A program made the position numbers and the translations under genes. A stretch of DNA of 64,000 nucleotides from an uncultured Ectothiorhodospiraceae bacterium (GTDB lineage Bacteria > Pseudomonadota > Gammaproteobacteria > UBA6429 > Thiohalophilaceae), in assembly GCA_947259575.1 (NCBI GenBank), contig CAMYMU010000037.1, positions 1 to 64,000 of the forward strand, in the 5' to 3' direction. Under the pieces are notes generated by a model, which was not told the DNA's origin, ran no database searches, and was given only the letters and a program-made list of their open reading frames with translations. Shown here one piece after another: positions 29,418 to 38,422 of the stretch; the stretch's first letter is position 1, and each line of letters begins with the position of its first letter.

Positions 29418-32033
29418 TTACTGTTGAATAGTCACAGGTGAAGCTGTTCCAGGAGATTGAACAGTAAATATTTTACTAACCAATTGTTTGTTACTCAGTT
29501 TGATAATTATTCTGTATTGACCACGAATAAAGGTAGCTTGCGGGTGTTTTAAAGAAAAGATGTGTTCACCGCTTTTTTCAGAGACTATCAGTTTTTTATC
29601 AATCAAGACTTGCTGTTCGTTGATCGACTCGACCTGGACATTAAGAATCGTCGTCTCTTTGGAAAGGTTCGTATAAGTGAAGCCTATATGCAATGTTGGT
29701 GTCACTGAAACTTGCTCCTGCTCAGTAAGCAGAGAGCTGATAGCGTGATCACTGATGATCATGTGGGTTATTCTTGGTGCTCGATTTGCCATTGCCGACT
29801 GAAGTTTTTTACCGGCCTGATCAAGTTTGGCGCTATTAGGGAAATAACGTTGCGCGTTAGTCAGGATGCGCTGGCCAATCGATAATTTATTTTCCCATAT
29901 GGCAGTTTGGATTTGTTTTACCACATAGTTTTCAACATTGCGTGCACCAGTACGTGCTTTTTCATTGTCGGGTTGTTCCTTTAGTACTGCAAAATAGAGA
30001 TCGATGGCACTTTCACCTTTCGGCTCAACAGCTTTGCCAGCCTGGAACTGTGCTTCCGCCTGGATTAATAACGAAAGAATCTTTTCCTGACGTGAAATTT
30101 CCTGTTGTATTGTATCCTTTAGCACATTGAGACGAGCGTGATCGTTAATGACGGTTAAACCAAGTTCTACATTTGCGAGGGCTTCATGTGTTTTACCGGC
30201 TGCAAGTTCATTAGTTGCGATGCCGTGGTAGTGATCGGCTATCGATTGTAATTGATTTTTAGCCCTTGAATTATCAGGATCAATCGATAACACGGCATGC
30301 AGTGAATCGACGGCATTGCTACCTGCTGGTACAACCAGTGCACCTGCATCCATATACTGCTGTGCCTGTTGCATGTGATTTTGTATCGCCTCACGACGTA
30401 GTAGTTGGTTTTCAAGTAGTACCAGTTGCTGTGGGATGAAGGCACGTGGCATGGCATCATTGGCTTGTGCAATCAATAGTCTTGCCAATGCCAGGTCATT
30501 TTTTTCTAAAGCATTATTGGTTTGCAAGACGTACCACTTTGAAATTTCTTCCAGTGCTGATTTTGCTGTCAGATCCTGGGGATTTGCTTGTAACTGTTGG
30601 CGGTAAGCTAGTGCTAATTGTTTGACACCTTCGGGTGTTTGCGCAAGAAGTTGTTCTCGGAGTGGTTGTTCGCTATTGAGGATCTCGGAATTGACCGTTT
30701 CGTTTAATTCAACGCTTGTATCTGTTTGTACAGAGCCGGAGGCAGGTGACGGTGTGTTAATTTGCTCAGTGCCACTAGTAACAGGTGCTTTCCCCTGAAC
30801 AGTATCAGGAGGTGTTTGTGCAGTGGGAGTCGTGCCATTAGTTACATACTTGTCAATCAGTGGATCAATAACTGGAGCCAGTTCAGCTTGGTAATATTGG
30901 TTTAGTTCGACGCGCTTATAGTATCCCACTCCAGCAAGGCACATCAGTAAGAGAACGAAAATCCAGCGCTTGCGTCGATTTAAGCGTTTGAAGTCATCTG
31001 TATCTGTTACATCAAAATTGTCCGGTGGCGGAGAGGTTGGCTCAAGCTTGTTATACCCAGAAGATTTTTGCTTTGGTCTCGCGCTCACGACAGGTGGCAT
31101 GGAACCACTTGCAATTGTTTTTACGTGTTTATTGCTTTCAGATTTTTGGCTAGCAGCAATGTTGGTTTCGATAAAATCGAGGTCTGAATCATTCAATTGT
31201 TCTAGCGCAGCATAAAGATCGTTAGCTGTCTGGTATCGGTGATCAGGGTCTTTTGATAAACAAATATTGATGATTGGTTGAAACAGTTCCAGTCCCTTGG
31301 GTAATTCTGGAATGGGATCAGATAAATGTTTAATACCGATTGCAACAAAAGATGGGCCATCGTAAGGAAGGTATCCAGCCAGGGCCTGAAACAAGACAAT
31401 GCCTAAACTATAGATATCGGAACGATGATCAACCTTTACACCCTTGGTTTGTTCCGGGCTCATGTAATAAGGTGTACCGATAACTTTACCGGTAATCGTC
31501 AAACCTTTTGTGGCGTTTTGGCTGCGCGCAATGCCAAAGTCTGTGAGTATGGCCCGACCATCTTCATGTAATAGTATATTTTCTGGTTTGATATCACGAT
31601 GTACGTAACCTTTCTTGCCGGCATAATCTAATGCCTTTGCAATCTGCTTGATCACATCAACTTTTTGTTTACGCGTCAGCTTGTCGCGTGACTCACGCAG
31701 GCTATTACCCGGCACATATTCCATCGACATGTAGTGGCAGCCCTGGTGGACATTCGCATCATAGACGGTGATGATGTTGGGGTGTGCCAGACTGCTAAGA
31801 ATGCGTGCTTCACGCAAGAAACGATCAGTGAAAGTCTCATCAGTATGATCGGGGGCAAGGATTTTCAGGGCGACCTGGCGGCCGACACTCTCCTGGATCG
31901 CCAGGTACACAACCGCCATGCCCCCTTTGCCGAGGACATCGATGATCTTGTATCCTGGCAGGTTGACGACCGAGGCAACCTGGCTGGTAGTTGAATTCTT
32001 GGGTTGATTATCCATGCTGTTTTCTTTCTGCAA
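29418..32033 (-). CDS. Hanks-type Ser/Thr protein kinase with one TM segment and a large C-terminal TPR-like/periplasmic domain, 871 aa.
   Basis: Gly-loop GKGGMAVVY, VALK, catalytic HRDIKPENIL, DFG, GTPYYMSPE. TM at WIFVLLLMCLAGVGYY. Confidence 0.8.
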   Translation of the reverse strand: MQKENSMDNQPKNSTTSQVASVVNLPGYKIIDVLGKGGMAVVYLAIQESVGRQVALKILAPDHTDETFTDRFLREARILSSLAHPNIITVYDANVHQGCHYMSMEYVPGNSLRESRDKLTRKQKVDVIKQIAKALDYAGKKGYVHRDIKPENILLHEDGRAILTDFGIARSQNATKGLTITGKVIGTPYYMSPEQTKGVKVDHRSDIYSLGIVLFQALAGYLPYDGPSFVAIGIKHLSDPIPELPKGLELFQPIINICLSKDPDHRYQTANDLYAALEQLNDSDLDFIETNIAASQKSESNKHVKTIASGSMPPVVSARPKQKSSGYNKLEPTSPPPDNFDVTDTDDFKRLNRRKRWIFVLLLMCLAGVGYYKRVELNQYYQAELAPVIDPLIDKYVTNGTTPTAQTPPDTVQGKAPVTSGTEQINTPSPASGSVQTDTSVELNETVNSEILNSEQPLREQLLAQTPEGVKQLALAYRQQLQANPQDLTAKSALEEISKWYVLQTNNALEKNDLALARLLIAQANDAMPRAFIPQQLVLLENQLLRREAIQNHMQQAQQYMDAGALVVPAGSNAVDSLHAVLSIDPDNSRAKNQLQSIADHYHGIATNELAAGKTHEALANVELGLTVINDHARLNVLKDTIQQEISRQEKILSLLIQAEAQFQAGKAVEPKGESAIDLYFAVLKEQPDNEKARTGARNVENYVVKQIQTAIWENKLSIGQRILTNAQRYFPNSAKLDQAGKKLQSAMANRAPRITHMIISDHAISSLLTEQEQVSVTPTLHIGFTYTNLSKETTILNVQVESINEQQVLIDKKLIVSEKSGEHIFSLKHPQATFIRGQYRIIIKLSNKQLVSKIFTVQSPGTASPVTIQQ

Positions 32034-32378
32034 TCCCTGTAGTTATCGGCAGGTAAGCCGTATAGTTGCATACGGATTGTGACGCTGATCAAATATTAGC
32101 AGTGAATATTTAACGTAGTTTTTCGTGATCTGCCAATCCACAGGATGCTCGCCATACTGGTTTTTCGCGGTATAGATTGGACATTATAGCGATATAAAAG
32201 AGATTGTCTCAATATTACAATCTATTACCGTAATATTTAGAATGTTTCTAGATGTTTCAAAATGTCAGCATGAACATGGTTAAAATAAAAGCATCTTGAT
32301 AAAATCGATTTAAGTCAGTCGTCAGATTCAAAAAAATAAAATAAAGCACCTCATACAGGAAGGTGGCAAGGTACAAGA

Positions 32379-33677
32379 ATGAAATACATGCAGTTAACGT
32401 TGCTCACTGCGATGAGCATGATGTTGTTACTCGCCAGTCCAGTCCGAGCGGATGGTCTTCCAGCTCAGGATTATTCTCAGCTAGCCATTGCAGAGACACG
32501 ATTTGAATTTTGTGGTCAACAAAAGCCGCCTGCCTACGCAAAAGTGCGCGAGGCGATTCACAAGAAACAATATGACACAGCCTTGGAAAGCCTTGGAGAG
32601 CCTGGCAAAAGCACCAAGGATTCTAACTTTGGTGTCACTAATTATTTGTACGGCAAGATTCTCTATTTGCAAGCCTATCAACGTGTTTACCAGCGCGAAG
32701 CGGAACAACCAGATCTAAACAAACTATCGGAAGCAAAAAAATATATCTCGCTTGCGGCTAAAAGTGGTTTTCCTGAAGCGATCTATGATCAGGCAATGCT
32801 ATTAACGCCACCTGCAGACTCAAAAAAGAAACTTGAGTTATTGAAAGCCGCCGCAGATAAAAAGTTTGTCCCGGCAATGTTAACACTCGCAGAAGAATAT
32901 TTTCACGCGACTAAAACTTTTGAAGATCGTCTGGAAGCACAAGCGCTTGTTCAACAGGCCGCGAGTATTGATACGGCTGCAAAAATCAAACTAGCATCTT
33001 ACTATCTACATGAAGAAAAACCCTTAAACAACCTTACGGGTTATGACAAGGATATTGGTAAGGCAATAACCTTATTGTATGAGGCTGCTGTCGATTGTGA
33101 TGCCAGTGCGGCTTATAAGCTATTCCAGATGTCGGCCTCAGAACATAAGCCAAACGATCTACCGACAGAACGTGGTATTTATTGGTTAGAGACTTCTGCC
33201 AAACTTGGTCTTGCCAAGGCACAAGGTGAACTTGCCGAACACTATTACCAACAAGTTAAAGATAGTGAAAAAGCTACTTACTGGGCATTGTTAGCAGCAG
33301 AGAAAGGAGATCTGAAAGCGTTAATGACAATGGGTAAGATTTATTACCAGGGTGTGGGACTCGAAAAAAATTATTCTAAAGCACTGGAGTACTATGAGCA
33401 GGCGCTATCCATCGATACACAAAACCGTTTGGTCTTGAATCAACTTGGTATTATGTATTACAAAGGCGAGGGTAGTGAGGTCGACTTTCGAAAAGCCGCA
33501 AGCTTGTGTGAGCAAGCAGCAATTAAAGGACAAGCAGGTTGTCAGTATTACCTTGGTCTGATGTATGTAAATGGCGAAGGCGTTACACAGGATATTGATA
33601 CCGGTATTAGTTGGATGAAAAAATCGGCGGCCCAGGATTTTCCTGTGGCTAAAAACTGGTTACGAGAGAACTGGTAA
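32379..33677 (+). CDS. Secreted Sel1-repeat (TPR-like) protein, 432 aa.
   Basis: Signal peptide ending ASPVRA. Repeated Sel1 units (LGxMYxxGxGVxxDxxKAxxWxxKAA). Confidence 0.8.
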   Translation: MKYMQLTLLTAMSMMLLLASPVRADGLPAQDYSQLAIAETRFEFCGQQKPPAYAKVREAIHKKQYDTALESLGEPGKSTKDSNFGVTNYLYGKILYLQAYQRVYQREAEQPDLNKLSEAKKYISLAAKSGFPEAIYDQAMLLTPPADSKKKLELLKAAADKKFVPAMLTLAEEYFHATKTFEDRLEAQALVQQAASIDTAAKIKLASYYLHEEKPLNNLTGYDKDIGKAITLLYEAAVDCDASAAYKLFQMSASEHKPNDLPTERGIYWLETSAKLGLAKAQGELAEHYYQQVKDSEKATYWALLAAEKGDLKALMTMGKIYYQGVGLEKNYSKALEYYEQALSIDTQNRLVLNQLGIMYYKGEGSEVDFRKAASLCEQAAIKGQAGCQYYLGLMYVNGEGVTQDIDTGISWMKKSAAQDFPVAKNWLRENW

Positions 33678-33680
33678 CTA

Positions 33681-33932
33681 ATGGGGCAATGGACGGTCTA
33701 TGTCTTACGCTGTAAAGACGATAGTTTGTATACTGGTGTGACAACCGATATCGAACGACGTATTGATGAGCACAATAACGACAACAAACTGGCCGCTAGC
33801 TATACAAAAAGTCGGCGTCCGGTTAAGCTGGTTTATAGTGAATATTGTGATGATCGAAGTCAGGCGCTTAAACGGGAAATGGGTATAAAAAGACTTACTA
33901 AAAAACAAAAAGAAGCTTTAATCTCCAAATAA
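33681..33932 (+). CDS. GIY-YIG nuclease-family protein (UPF0213/YhbQ-like), 83 aa.
   Basis: VYVLRCKDDSLYTGVTTDIERRIDEHN (GIY-YIG core with conserved R and E). Confidence 0.75.
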   Translation: MGQWTVYVLRCKDDSLYTGVTTDIERRIDEHNNDNKLAASYTKSRRPVKLVYSEYCDDRSQALKREMGIKRLTKKQKEALISK

Positions 33933-33994
33933 TATTTTACAAAAACAAGAAGCGCTCACAATGCATAGCATTCACGGATGATAAAAAGTTAACG

Positions 33995-34363
33995 ATGATA
34001 TTATATTCTATTCTTGAATCCCCTCTACACCCTCAACTAACCAGTCTCTACCAGTCTCTGAGGATAAACGAGATACGTTTGTTGTCTGTGCGTAAAGCGA
34101 TTCAGGAGCTTAAGAAACAACCCCCCGATATTGTGGTAGCAGATTTTATTTATGGTTACGGTAATAATTATGCAGGGGTGAATATTAGTAATCTGGACGT
34201 ATTTCTCTATAGCTTGGCAAAATATGCAACGGACTGTAAGGTGATCGTGTTGTATGAAAAAACCGAGAAAAAATATGTAGAAAAACTAGAGGCTCTGTTT
34301 CCAGCCATTCAAACCCTCGCGTATCCTGTTAGTGAATCATCCATACAGCCATTCCTCAAATAA
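33995..34363 (+). CDS. Hypothetical protein, 122 aa.
   Basis: ORF with ATG start. Its stop overlaps the next gene start (TAATG). No motif recognised. Confidence 0.4.
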   Translation: MILYSILESPLHPQLTSLYQSLRINEIRLLSVRKAIQELKKQPPDIVVADFIYGYGNNYAGVNISNLDVFLYSLAKYATDCKVIVLYEKTEKKYVEKLEALFPAIQTLAYPVSESSIQPFLK

Positions 34364-34707
34364 TGACTGGCTTAACAGCAAAACAATTAAATGCTTTCAG
34401 AGATAAGTTGCTGCAAGAGAGGCAGGATCTATTGGATATAAGCAGGTCGGCAAGCGAGGGGGCCGATATTGTTGAGCTTGATCAGACACGACAGGGAAGA
34501 TTGTCCCGTATGGATGCGATGCAGGGGCAGGCCATGTCGCAGGCTATGCAGGAGAGGAGACAGCTCCATATCAAACAGATCACGGATGCTCTAAAGCGAT
34601 TAGATGATAATGAGTATGGATATTGTTTACGCTGTGATACAGAGATAGCGCTTAAGCGGCTAGAGTACAATCCAGCGGTAACACTCTGTATAAAATGTGC
34701 TGATTAA
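34363..34707 (+). CDS. DksA/TraR-family C4-type zinc-finger protein, 114 aa.
   Basis: C-terminal CLRCDTEIALKRLEYNPAVTLCIKC (CxxC-17-CxxC) plus an N-terminal coiled-coil region. Confidence 0.7.
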   Translation: MTGLTAKQLNAFRDKLLQERQDLLDISRSASEGADIVELDQTRQGRLSRMDAMQGQAMSQAMQERRQLHIKQITDALKRLDDNEYGYCLRCDTEIALKRLEYNPAVTLCIKCAD

Positions 34708-34841
34708 TCTGCCAAAAAAGTTTGCAAAAGTTTTAAATTCAAAATTTCCCTTTCATCTATACTACTCCCAAGCCAGTAGTAACATCTGTACAAACTAGCG
34801 TGGACAGTTATATACATATAAAAGAAATGGATGGAAGGATT

Positions 34842-35057
34842 ATGCCAGCAGATATGTCACTTTATTTTGATGTGGTTAAACAGGTTCAAGACCAGATTAA
34901 TCGTATTACTTATGCAAACCAGTTGAATGAAACCGAGCGTCTGCATCAATTAAACAGGCTAGAGCACGAAATTTCTCAGAAATTTCACTGGGCCCGCCGC
35001 AGTATTGATACCTCTGAGGGGTTTTCTGAGTTAAATCATGAGGTGGATGTTGCCTGA
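34842..35057 (+). CDS. Hypothetical small protein, ~72 aa. Start chosen at the ATG with a GGAAGGA RBS; the ORF track starts at GTG 34800.
   Basis: RBS GGAAGGA 4 nt before ATG 34842. No motif recognised. Confidence 0.35.
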   Translation: MPADMSLYFDVVKQVQDQINRITYANQLNETERLHQLNRLEHEISQKFHWARRSIDTSEGFSELNHEVDVA

Positions 35058-35123
35058 TTCGATATTAATCAGATCAAGACAACATCCAGAATAAGGCATC
35101 ACCCAGAATAAGGCATTATAGGC

Positions 35124-35354
35124 TTAGACCTTTTTGACCAAAAGGGTGTATTCCCCGTCCCAGTCGACAATTTCCATCAGCTTGTGACCTAGCTGAAGGC
35201 ACATTGCCTCAAAGTTAGAGATACTACGAGGCTCGTCTGTTGTCACTTTTAAAACCTGGCCAGAAGCCATTCCTTCTATGGCACGAAGTGCCTTAACCAT
35301 GGGTTGTGGTGCAGGCAAGTTTTGTGCATTTATTTCCATATCGATGTAAGCCAT
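35124..35354 (-). CDS. TusA-like (two-layer alpha/beta) small protein lacking the catalytic Cys, 76 aa.
   Basis: TusA-fold pattern LPAPQPMVKALRAIEGMASGQVLKV, but with LPAP in place of CPxP. Confidence 0.5.
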   Translation of the reverse strand: MAYIDMEINAQNLPAPQPMVKALRAIEGMASGQVLKVTTDEPRSISNFEAMCLQLGHKLMEIVDWDGEYTLLVKKV

Positions 35355-35520
35355 TTTATTTCTCCTTCCCTTGTTTATGCTCTTTGGTGTTAAGCATTTG
35401 TTGTAATGTAGTAATCAACGCTGGAAACAGATTAAAGGGTTATGGCTGAACCGATGCTGAAGGGAATGCAAAAGATGGGGGGGAAATAAACCAGAATATT
35501 ATTATGGAAAAAGGACTATT

Positions 35521-35838
35521 TCAGTCCTTGATTTCTTGTACCAGTACCCAGGGTGATACAACCACGGCCCAGAACACAGGCTCGTTTTCAACCCACTGGC
35601 GGGCATGGTCATCATTGGCTCGAACAATCTCACCAGCATCAATCAACTCGCCAATCATTTTTGCATCGTCCTCGGAGAGTTTTACCGCGATGTCGATAAG
35701 GTCAAGCCCCTGGTTCACCACGATGACAACTCCTCGGGCAAAATGGGTTTGTAGCTCCGACCACTCTAACTTGCCTGTTTCAAGATTAAACTTTTGTTTC
35801 GGATCGAGGTCTTGTTCAGGCTGTTCGTTATCAGACAT
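35521..35838 (-). CDS. Conserved hypothetical protein (DUF2288-like), 105 aa.
   Basis: Non-biased composition. The overlapping plus-strand ORF (35504-35860) is Ser/Thr-rich low complexity and is judged spurious. Confidence 0.45.
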   Translation of the reverse strand: MSDNEQPEQDLDPKQKFNLETGKLEWSELQTHFARGVVIVVNQGLDLIDIAVKLSEDDAKMIGELIDAGEIVRANDDHARQWVENEPVFWAVVVSPWVLVQEIKD

Positions 35839-35999
35839 GATTGTTCGAGTTATTTGTTAAGAAAAATAAGTATCGCATGTTTCATTGTAAGCTGCAGCAT
35901 TCGACTAGTTTTTAGTGTCAAACCAGTATCTTATAATAAGTTTTTAGAAATACTATTCAGATACTTTTATAGAAAAAACCGGTTAACTCTTGTTGCCAG

Positions 36000-36491
36000 G
36001 TGCCGATAATTAATAAAGCAAACAGCTATTCACAAATCAGCCTGGAAAACGATGACATGCATGCAGTAGATTTAGAGAAAAAACAGGGATTTCGCAGGAC
36101 TCTGGATAATATTATTCGCTTTACCTCATCTGTCGGTGAAGGGACATTGTTCACCGGTTCATTCAGTGGCGGCGAGAATATCGTTGTCCGCGGTCAAGTA
36201 CAGGGCAAAAGTGATGTTGATGGTGTGGTTGTAATTGCCAACTCAGGTAAGTGGCTAGGTGAATTATCTGCCGACGTCGTTGTTGTCGCGGGTAGTGTAG
36301 AGGGTGATATTTTTGCCCGTGAAAAGATTGAAGTGCAAGCGGGTGCCAATATTACCGGCAACCTGACCAGCCCGGTAATCGCGATAGAAAGTGGTGCCGT
36401 TCATGTTGGACGGATTGACATGAGAAATATCCAACAGATCAAACATTATGAAGAAAAACGTGAACATCCACGTGATGAGGCTAGCCGTTAA
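36000..36491 (+). CDS. Bactofilin-family polymer-forming protein (CcmA-like), 163 aa from GTG 36000; alternative ATG at 36057.
   Basis: Beta-helical repeat pattern (VVRGQVQGKSDVDGVVVIANSGKWLGELSADVVVVAGSVEGDIFAREKIEVQAGANITGNL). Confidence 0.7.
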   Translation: MPIINKANSYSQISLENDDMHAVDLEKKQGFRRTLDNIIRFTSSVGEGTLFTGSFSGGENIVVRGQVQGKSDVDGVVVIANSGKWLGELSADVVVVAGSVEGDIFAREKIEVQAGANITGNLTSPVIAIESGAVHVGRIDMRNIQQIKHYEEKREHPRDEASR

Positions 36492-36517
36492 ACAACGGCA
36501 AGTTTTTTTAATTCAAA

Positions 36518-36533
36518 AGTTGTATATACAACT
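36518..36533. promoter_or_regulatory. 16-bp perfect palindrome AGTTGTATATACAACT, putative MarR operator, 22 bp upstream of the MarR gene.
   Basis: Perfect dyad. Near-identical second copy at 36992-37006. Confidence 0.55.
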
Positions 36534-36554
36534 GGTTTGAGCTAAGCTGATCTT

Positions 36555-36968
36555 ATGTTTGAAAAGTGTATTTATTTTAATAGCAATGCTTTTGTGCGGC
36601 GTCTCAACCGGATTTGGGATGATGCATATAAAGAGACTGGGTTATCTGCTCCCCATGCTTATTTGTTGCGCCTGGTCTGTCATGAGCCCGATATAACCCA
36701 GAAAGAGGCAGGTCGTCAGTTACAACTCGAGAAGTCGACGATTACGCGGTTTGTGTCGGCATTGGAAGAACAAGGCCTGTTAGTCAGGCTCTCTGGTGAG
36801 ACGGCTAGAGAGGTTCGTTTAAGACCGAGTGCAGCGGGTAAGCGGCTTGGTAAACGACTGGATGAAATTGGTGCTGATCTTTATATAAAGTTACGCAAGC
36901 AACTCGGGGCCAGCCAGTTTGAAGAAATGCTGCAGTTAATGCGGGCAGGTACTGGGATCACATACTAG
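36555..36968 (+). CDS. MarR-family transcriptional regulator, 137 aa.
   Basis: Winged-HTH pattern (ITQKEAGRQLQLEKSTITRFVSALEEQGLLVR). Confidence 0.8.
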   Translation: MFEKCIYFNSNAFVRRLNRIWDDAYKETGLSAPHAYLLRLVCHEPDITQKEAGRQLQLEKSTITRFVSALEEQGLLVRLSGETAREVRLRPSAAGKRLGKRLDEIGADLYIKLRKQLGASQFEEMLQLMRAGTGITY

Positions 36969-36991
36969 ACATCATATTTTTTTACCATAAC

Positions 36992-37006
36992 AGTTGTATA
37001 TACAAC
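36992..37006. promoter_or_regulatory. Second copy of the palindrome (AGTTGTATATACAAC), 24 bp upstream of the NTF2-like gene.
   Basis: 15 of 16 positions identical to the site at 36518-36533. Positioned over the likely promoter of the downstream genes. Confidence 0.55.
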
Positions 37007-37029
37007 AAGAATATATAGGAGACAGAAGC

Positions 37030-37500
37030 ATGAGCTTGGACATCATCAATGGCGAGCAGACCGAAGATGGGACGTCAGCACATATTAAGGCGTTGGCAGA
37101 ATTTTATGCGGGCTTTAATCAGCGTGATGTAAAAAGAAGTATGCAAAGTTGGGCCAGGCAAGATGACGTCATTATGTGTAACCCAATTGGTGGAATTCGA
37201 AAGGGGTGGGACGTTATCGCAGATGCCTACCAGCGTATCATGCAAGGTGACACCCAGGTCTACGTAGAATTCTACGATTATCAAATTAGTCAAGGTTTTG
37301 ACATGTTTTACGCAGTTGGGCGTGAACGTGGCTATGCAAAATTTCAGGATCAGGAGGGTGAGCAATGTCTTGAGCTGGCAATTCGAACCAGCAGGGTGTT
37401 TAGAAAATATGACGATAGATGGAGACAGGTACACCATCATGGATCGATTGATGCCCCCATGTTGTTAAACGAATATCAATCGATTATTAATAGGAGCTAG
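37030..37500 (+). CDS. NTF2-like/SnoaL-like (ketosteroid-isomerase fold) protein, 156 aa. ATG at 37030 with RBS TAGGAGA.
   Basis: Size and the pattern AEFYAGFNQRD...W...D are characteristic of SnoaL-like domains. Confidence 0.5.
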   Translation: MSLDIINGEQTEDGTSAHIKALAEFYAGFNQRDVKRSMQSWARQDDVIMCNPIGGIRKGWDVIADAYQRIMQGDTQVYVEFYDYQISQGFDMFYAVGRERGYAKFQDQEGEQCLELAIRTSRVFRKYDDRWRQVHHHGSIDAPMLLNEYQSIINRS

Positions 37501-37503
37501 GCA

Positions 37504-37905
37504 ATGAGTTTATCATCAGAGATATTTTGGTTAGTACTGAGTTGTATGCTAACGGGACTTTTGTGGGTGCCCTATATTATTAACAGGTTGATAGAAATGC
37601 GCCCGCTACCGGCATTGTGGAACCCAATGCCTGATGTTCGCCCAAGGGCACAGTGGGCTGAGCGACTCATGCGAGCACATGAGAACGCAGTAGAGAACCT
37701 GGTTGTCTTTGCTCCTCTGGTTTTGGTGATTGAGTTATTACATGTTGGAACTGAGTCAACCGCGATGGCTTGCATGGTGTACTTTTTTGCACGTTTTGCA
37801 CATTTCATTGTTTTCACTTTTGCCGTGCCACTGTTTCGCGTGGTTGTTTTTCTAATCGGTTTTGTCGCCCAGATGACCCTGGCTATTCACTTGCTGACAG
37901 GGTAG
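37504..37905 (+). CDS. MAPEG-family membrane protein, 133 aa.
   Basis: Four-helix membrane protein with the MAPEG-like RAHENAVENLVVFAPLV segment. The start lies 4 bp after the previous stop. Confidence 0.55.
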   Translation: MSLSSEIFWLVLSCMLTGLLWVPYIINRLIEMRPLPALWNPMPDVRPRAQWAERLMRAHENAVENLVVFAPLVLVIELLHVGTESTAMACMVYFFARFAHFIVFTFAVPLFRVVVFLIGFVAQMTLAIHLLTG

Positions 37906-37978
37906 CCCAGGCTAGCCATGGCAGGGGAATTATGTACTAGACTTAATGGCACAATATTTCAAAGAGGAATAGTACACC

Positions 37979-38401
37979 TTGGATAAAGTGAAAAGTATCT
38001 CACCGAAACAGGCAATGGACCTGATCAGCAACGAGCCTAAGAGTTTGTTGATTGATGTGCGCTCACATATGGAATTTTTATTTATTGGTCACCCCGTCGG
38101 TGCCGTGCATATTCCCTGGATTGATGAGCCGGACTGGAATATCAATCCACATTTCGTTCGTGACGTGCGCCAGCTTTTATTAGGCGGACTTGCTGATGAT
38201 GGCAGTGGCACCCAGGTACCGATTATCCTGATTTGTCGAAGTGGCAAGCGCTCCTATGAGGCTGGTGAACTGCTGGTCAGTGAAGGGATTGGTAATGTCT
38301 ACAATGTCGATGATGGTTTTGAAGGTGAACTTGACGAACATCACCACCGCAGTACGCTAGGCGGCTGGCGATTTGAAGGACTACCGTGGGAACAATGCTG
38401 A
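37979..38401 (+). CDS. Rhodanese-domain sulfurtransferase, 140 aa; TTG start.
   Basis: Active-site loop ILICRSGKRS, upstream LIDVRS motif, RBS AGAGGA. Confidence 0.7.
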   Translation: MDKVKSISPKQAMDLISNEPKSLLIDVRSHMEFLFIGHPVGAVHIPWIDEPDWNINPHFVRDVRQLLLGGLADDGSGTQVPIILICRSGKRSYEAGELLVSEGIGNVYNVDDGFEGELDEHHHRSTLGGWRFEGLPWEQC

Positions 38402-38422
38402 CAGGCTGTGGTCACAGCTTGT

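Noticed and set aside
35504-35860. Plus-strand 118-aa ORF.
   Set aside because: Ser/Thr-rich low-complexity product. The minus-strand ORF (35521-35838) has protein-like composition and is preferred.
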